36,452 bases of DNA from contig JAZSQG010000215.1 in the NCBI GenBank assembly GCA_045537855.1, forward strand, positions 1 to 36,452, written 5' to 3'. The position numbers and the translations under genes are program-made. The notes below the pieces were generated by a model that searched no databases, had not been told where the DNA came from, and saw nothing but the letters and a program-made list of their open reading frames with translations. Position 1 is the stretch's first letter; every line of letters begins with the position of its first letter. The DNA is from Oscillospiraceae bacterium (GTDB lineage Bacteria; Bacillota; Clostridia; Oscillospirales; Oscillospiraceae). This document shows positions 32,688-36,452 of the stretch, one piece after another.

Positions 32688-34410
32688 CGCACTGTTTTTG
32701 CACGCCGCAGCCGGGGAACTCCGGCGGAAGCTGCTTGGCAGCCGGGTGGATAAAATCCAGCAGCCGGAGCGGGATGTGCTGCTGCTGTCCCTGCGCGGGC
32801 CGGAAGGACCGGGGAAACTGCTCATCAGCGCCGGCAGCGGTACGGCGCGCCTGCACTACACCACCGGAGGACGGGAGAATCCGGCAGAGCCGCCCATGTT
32901 CTGCATGCTCCTGCGCAAGCACCTCAGCGGCGCCAGGATCCTTTCTCTGGAGCAGCCGGACTTTGAGCGGATGTATCTGTTGCGCTTTGCCTGCCTGGAT
33001 GAATTGGGCATGGCGTCGGAAAAGTGTCTGGCAGTGGAAATGCTGGGCAGGAATGCCAATCTCGTCCTCATTGACGGAGAGGGGCGCATTCTGGACTGCC
33101 TGCGGAAGGTGGATGCGGAGCAGTCACCCAAGCGGCAGCTGCTGCCCGGCCTCTTTTACCAACTGCCGCCGAAACCGGAAAAACCCGGTGCCTTTCAGGT
33201 GAGCCGGGAGGAGTTTCTGCGCCTCTATGCCCAGGCGGAGCCCACAAAGGCGGGGGACCGCTGGCTGGTGGAAACCTTCGGCGGGATTTCCCCGCTGCTG
33301 GCAAGAGAGCTTCTCTGCCGCGTATCCGGCAGCAGCGATGAAGCCCTGGGTAGGGTAGAGGCGGAAGCACTCTGGCAGGCCCTTGCCGCCCTGCGGGAGC
33401 AGGAAATGTTTCAGCCCGTGTTCCTGAAAAACGGGGAGAAGCCCTTTGACCTCTACTGCTTCCCCCTGCAGCAGTACGGCAGCGCCCTGAGCCAGGAACG
33501 CTGGGAGGATTTTTCCCGGCTGCTGGATGCCTACTACACGGAGCGGGAGAAGCTGGAGCGGCAGAATCAGCGGAGCCAGAACCTGGTGAAGCTGGTGAAA
33601 AACCGCCGGGACCGGGCCTCCCGGAAGCTGAACCTCCGGCTGGAGGAGCGAAGCGCCACGGCAAAGCGGGAAACCTGGCGGCAGTATGGCGACCTGATCA
33701 AAGCCAATATCTACCGCATGAAACGGGGCGAGGGCAGCCTGACGGCGGATAATTTCTACGATCCCAATGGGGGGCAGGTGACCATTCCTCTGGATGTGAA
33801 GCTGTCGCCCCAGCAGAATGCCGCCCGCTATTATAAGCTTTATACCAAGGCGAAAAATGCGGAAAAGGTCCTCTCGGGTCAGATTGAAGAGGCCCAGGCG
33901 GAGCTGGATTATCTGGAAAGCGTGCTGGAAGAGCTGCAGCGCGCTGCCGGGGAGCGGGATCTGGCGGAGATCCGCCAGGAACTTGTGAGCGAAGGCTATC
34001 TCCGGGAGCAGGGAGGAAAGAAGAAAAAGCAGGCTTCCGTGCAGCCCCTGCGCTACCGGGCTTCCACCGGGGAGACCATTCTGGTGGGTCGCAGCAACCT
34101 GCAGAATGACTGGCTCACCACCCGTTATGCAGACAAGCGCTGTTTCTGGCTCCATGTCCAGAAGACCCACGGTGCCCACGTGATCCTCCAGAGTGAAGAG
34201 GAAAACCCCGGGGCGCTGGAAGAAGCGGCCATGCTGGCTGCCTGGTATTCCCGGGGCAGGGAAAGCTCCAATGTGCCCGTGGACTATACCCGGGTGAAGA
34301 ATGTGAAGAAGCCGGCCGGGGCAAAGCCGGGCATGGTGATCTACACCGATTACCGCACCTTGTATGTGACCCCCGCCAAAGAGGCGGTGGAGGCCCTGGA
34401 AAAATTCTGA
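32677..34410 (+). CDS. rqcH: Ribosome quality-control factor RqcH (NFACT / FbpA-like, YloA)
   Basis: MPIDALFLHAAAGEL...SRVDKIQQPERDVLLL...LHYT NFACT-N opening. Central coiled coil. C-terminal NFACT-R block WLHVQKTHGAHVIL...AAWYS. GGAGGAG RBS. 11-nt overlap with mrnC. Confidence 0.9.
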   Translation: MPIDALFLHAAAGELRRKLLGSRVDKIQQPERDVLLLSLRGPEGPGKLLISAGSGTARLHYTTGGRENPAEPPMFCMLLRKHLSGARILSLEQPDFERMYLLRFACLDELGMASEKCLAVEMLGRNANLVLIDGEGRILDCLRKVDAEQSPKRQLLPGLFYQLPPKPEKPGAFQVSREEFLRLYAQAEPTKAGDRWLVETFGGISPLLARELLCRVSGSSDEALGRVEAEALWQALAALREQEMFQPVFLKNGEKPFDLYCFPLQQYGSALSQERWEDFSRLLDAYYTEREKLERQNQRSQNLVKLVKNRRDRASRKLNLRLEERSATAKRETWRQYGDLIKANIYRMKRGEGSLTADNFYDPNGGQVTIPLDVKLSPQQNAARYYKLYTKAKNAEKVLSGQIEEAQAELDYLESVLEELQRAAGERDLAEIRQELVSEGYLREQGGKKKKQASVQPLRYRASTGETILVGRSNLQNDWLTTRYADKRCFWLHVQKTHGAHVILQSEEENPGALEEAAMLAAWYSRGRESSNVPVDYTRVKNVKKPAGAKPGMVIYTDYRTLYVTPAKEAVEALEKF

Positions 34411-34417
34411 ATATGCC

Positions 34418-34448
34418 ATCGGGGACGCCGCCGTGCAGCGTCCCCGAT
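34418..34448. terminator. Hairpin between convergent rqcH and the SLH-Ig gene
   Basis: ATCGGGGACGC - 9-nt loop - GCGTCCCCGAT. Only weak T-tracts on either side (ATTCTTT). Confidence 0.6.
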
Positions 34449-34453
34449 ATTCT

Positions 34454-35428
34454 TTACTGCTCCGCCCAGGTGAGGCGGATGTTCTTGCCCCGCTGGGCCA
34501 TGACGTCCATGGCGTTGCAGAGCATTTCGGCTGCCTGAGCGCGGCTGAGGCTGTGCTTTGCCTGGAAGCCCGCGTAGCTGAAGATGTCGCAGGCATCCAG
34601 ATTGGCTACCGCCTGTGCCGCCCAGAAGGGCACAGAATCGTTTTCGGCCGCCATGGTCATATCCGAGAGTTCCAGGAAGTTGTTGAGCATCACGGCCGCC
34701 TCAGCGAGGCTGATGGCCTCACCGGGGGAGAAGAGGATGCGTCCGTCCTCTCCGGCGCTGCCCTGCACCACACCGCACATCAGCGCAGCGGAGACATAGG
34801 GCTTGAGCCAGGGACCGATGTCCTCATCGTCAAAGAAGCCGGTCTTGGTCACGCCGTCCAGGGGCTGCATGCCCGTCAGCGCGGCGCACATGGTGAGGAA
34901 TTCTCCCCGGGTGACCCGGGCATCCGGCTGGAAGCAGTAGGCGTTGCCAAGCTGGCTGCCTGCAAAGACGCCGGTTTCAGCCAGCCGGTGGGCGGCATAG
35001 CCGCAGGCATCTCCGGCCATGTCTGCATAGCTGATCCTGCTGCTCTGCTTTTCGATGCGGATGCTCACCGTAGCGGGGACGGAAACATTTCCCCGGGCGT
35101 CGTAGGCGGCATAGGTGAAGCTGTCCCGGCCTCGCTTGCCCTCATAGGGGGTGTAGACGAAGCTGCTGCCGTCCACCTCCAGCTTACCCTTGGCGGGCTC
35201 CGTACACAGGCGGAAGGTGAGCAGGTCGCCCTCTGGGTCCACTGCCTGGAAGCTGCCGCCTACGGATACTTCCCTGTAGGTGGTCAGCTGCAGGTTTTCC
35301 GCGATGGGTGCCAGATTGCTGCCATCGTCACCGGGTGCGGAAATGCTGATGGTCTCCACCTCCACGGCGTAAGCGCCGGTGAGGAGCAGAAAGCACAGTG
35401 CCAGCGCAATTATGGATCTGCGTTTCAT
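34454..35428 (-). CDS. Secreted cadherin/Ig-like domain protein with three SLH domains
   Basis: Signal peptide MKRRSIIALALCFLLLTGAYA. N-terminal domain PIAENLQLTTYREVSVGG.FQAVDPEGDLLTF...FVYTP...GRDSFTYAAYDARGNVS.PATVSIRI (cadherin-like/Ig). Followed by three SLH-like repeats. Confidence 0.8.
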   Translation of the reverse strand: MKRRSIIALALCFLLLTGAYAVEVETISISAPGDDGSNLAPIAENLQLTTYREVSVGGSFQAVDPEGDLLTFRLCTEPAKGKLEVDGSSFVYTPYEGKRGRDSFTYAAYDARGNVSVPATVSIRIEKQSSRISYADMAGDACGYAAHRLAETGVFAGSQLGNAYCFQPDARVTRGEFLTMCAALTGMQPLDGVTKTGFFDDEDIGPWLKPYVSAALMCGVVQGSAGEDGRILFSPGEAISLAEAAVMLNNFLELSDMTMAAENDSVPFWAAQAVANLDACDIFSYAGFQAKHSLSRAQAAEMLCNAMDVMAQRGKNIRLTWAEQ

Positions 35429-35478
35429 AAAAAAACCTCCTGTAAAAGAATATCATCACTGGTATTCTTTACAGGAGG
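35429..35478 (-). terminator. Strong terminator-type hairpin whose 3' arm contains the SD of the SLH-Ig gene
   Basis: Minus-strand RNA: CCUCCUGUAAAGAAUA - 10-nt loop - UAUUCUUUUACAGGAGG - UUUUUUU - AUG. 16-bp stem with one bulged base. Confidence 0.7.
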
Positions 35479-35505
35479 CAGCAGTTTATTCCGCCGGGCA
35501 GCCTT

Positions 35506-35994
35506 TTATTTCTTCACGGTCAGGGCGGATTCAAAGTAGTTCAAAGCAGACTGCCGGGTATCGTCATCCATAATGACATACATCACATAGCGGCCGCAGA
35601 CCTTGATCTCGGCGTTTTCCAGCTTGGGCTTTTCTTCGGGCATGTATTCGTCCATCCAGGCGTCCTTGCGCAGCTGCAGATAGCCTTCCACGGCTTCCTT
35701 CACATCAGCGACTTCTTCCGGGGTGCGGGCCTTGAAAATGCCGTATTCGTCAATGTTGACGCCGTAGGCATTGATCTTCACCACATAGTCGGCAAAGATG
35801 CTGGGGTCCAGATGCATGGCACCGGAGAGGTAGCCGCTGTTCATTTCCGCCAGGCTGGACTTGTCCATGCTGCCTTCCACAATACCGGAGAGGTTGCTGA
35901 CTTTCAGATCATCCCGGTATTCGGTTTTGCTGCCGCAGGCAGTGAACAGGCCAAGGAGCGCGAGGACGCTCAGAAGGAGTGCAATCTTTTTCAT
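35506..35994 (-). CDS. DUF4358-family lipoprotein
   Basis: Lipobox LLGLFTAC-GS. The body (YVVKINAYGVNIDEYGIFKA...EAVEGYLQLRKDAW..EYMPEE...KVCGRYVMYVI) matches what I remember of DUF4358. Confidence 0.7.
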   Translation of the reverse strand: MKKIALLLSVLALLGLFTACGSKTEYRDDLKVSNLSGIVEGSMDKSSLAEMNSGYLSGAMHLDPSIFADYVVKINAYGVNIDEYGIFKARTPEEVADVKEAVEGYLQLRKDAWMDEYMPEEKPKLENAEIKVCGRYVMYVIMDDDTRQSALNYFESALTVKK

Positions 35995-36015
35995 TCGTAT
36001 ACCGTAAAACCTTTC

Positions 36016-36452
36016 TTATTCGTATCCGTGGGTACGGATGTAATCCAAAACCGCGCCAAAGCCCTCGGCGTTCAGGTGCATGCCATCCCCGTTCTGATAG
36101 CCGCTGATGAGCCAGCCGTCATCGCCCATGAGAACGGTGCTGGTGTTCAGGTACTTCGCACCGGTGGCTTCCGCCACGGAGAGGACCCAGGTGTTTGCTT
36201 CGCTGATGATCTCGTTGTTGATGGAGGAGAGAGATTCGTAGTTGGAAGCCACGGGGAAGATGGACTGGAGGATGACCCTGGTATCCGGGCTCAGCTCCAT
36301 GATGTCAGTGACAAGGTCAGTATATTCGCTGATGAAGTAGTCCTTGACCATGAAGGATACGCCGTTGACGCCCAGGGTGATGATCATCCGCTCGGGCTGC
36401 TTCTTTTCCACCGCCTCCGGGATGGTGATCTCGGTTTCCTCATCGGGATACC
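36016..36452 (-). CDS. SGNH/GDSL-like hydrolase, partial (N-terminus beyond the window edge)
   Basis: The reading frame is open to the window end (YPDEETEITIPEAVEKK...). Block II-like ITLGVNG and block V-like GDGMHLN (DxxH) are present. The GTG at 36411 in the ORF track is probably internal. Confidence 0.6.
   Translation of the reverse strand, partial: YPDEETEITIPEAVEKKQPERMIITLGVNGVSFMVKDYFISEYTDLVTDIMELSPDTRVILQSIFPVASNYESLSSINNEIISEANTWVLSVAEATGAKYLNTSTVLMGDDGWLISGYQNGDGMHLNAEGFGAVLDYIRTHGYE

Noticed and set aside
1-36452. Scanned for tRNA/rRNA genes, CRISPR repeats, IS/transposase/integrase genes, phage or defence-system genes, toxin-antitoxin pairs and riboswitch/T-box leaders
   Set aside because: Intergenic regions are short (mostly under 200 bp) and are accounted for by promoters and terminators. 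I saw no cloverleaf-like or repeat-spacer structure, terminal inverted repeat or recombinase motif. The only longer leader (about 85 nt before rlmB) has just a 6-bp hairpin and no recognisable riboswitch core. Absence is by eye only and should be confirmed with tRNAscan, Infernal and CRISPR finders.

Overview
This is a 36.5-kb, GC-rich (about 60% by eye) chromosomal segment. The gene content suggests a Clostridia-type Firmicute, possibly Oscillospiraceae/Ruminococcaceae-like: SLH-domain wall proteins, a GerMN lipoprotein, DUF4358, membrane pyrophosphatase, Mini-III and RqcH. I support 30 protein-coding genes, one of them partial at the right edge.

Gene order:
- Two LplB/LplC-type sugar ABC permeases, then a small lipoprotein.
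- HtrA protease.
- A stand-alone AthL-like molybdopterin enzyme, divergent from a translationally coupled SDR + RhaD-type aldolase pair.
- A DivIVA-like coiled-coil protein, a nitroreductase, the H+/Na+-pyrophosphatase HppA and an orphan 111-aa protein.
- A peptidase-rich stretch (PepT, M32 carboxypeptidase, PepV) with ProC, a P-loop protein of unknown function and an SLH protein.
- A rhomboid-like membrane protein with a zinc ribbon, then RlmB.
- A degenerate P-type-ATPase-like membrane protein, then an EF-G2-type paralog.
- A DD-carboxypeptidase homolog lacking all catalytic motifs.
- A ComEA-like / OmpR-type response regulator / histidine kinase / triple-GerMN lipoprotein operon.
- Mini-RNase III and RqcH.
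- A minus-strand SGNH hydrolase / DUF4358 / SLH-Ig protein string.

I found no rRNA, tRNA, CRISPR array, transposase/integrase or phage gene. Most intergenic regions carry readable sigma-A-like promoters and GC-rich hairpin + T-tract terminators.

Many very long ORFs in the six-frame track (up to 980 aa) are antisense shadows of real genes and are rejected.

Most interesting observations:
1. An orphan AthL-like Mo enzyme with no Fe-S partner, sharing a divergent promoter region (with a perfect 17-bp palindrome) with the SDR-aldolase pair.
2. A striking number of apparent pseudoenzymes:
   - a P1B-ATPase scaffold without DKTGT/CPC/actuator domain;
   - a PBP5-type carboxypeptidase without SxxK/SxN/KTG;
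   - a rhomboid fold without His/Asn.
3. A histidine kinase whose first transmembrane helix lies upstream of any canonical start codon, next to a 9-bp tandem duplication.
4. A strong terminator hairpin that contains the Shine-Dalgarno of the downstream SLH gene.

All homology statements are by-eye motif recognition from memory. No searches were run.
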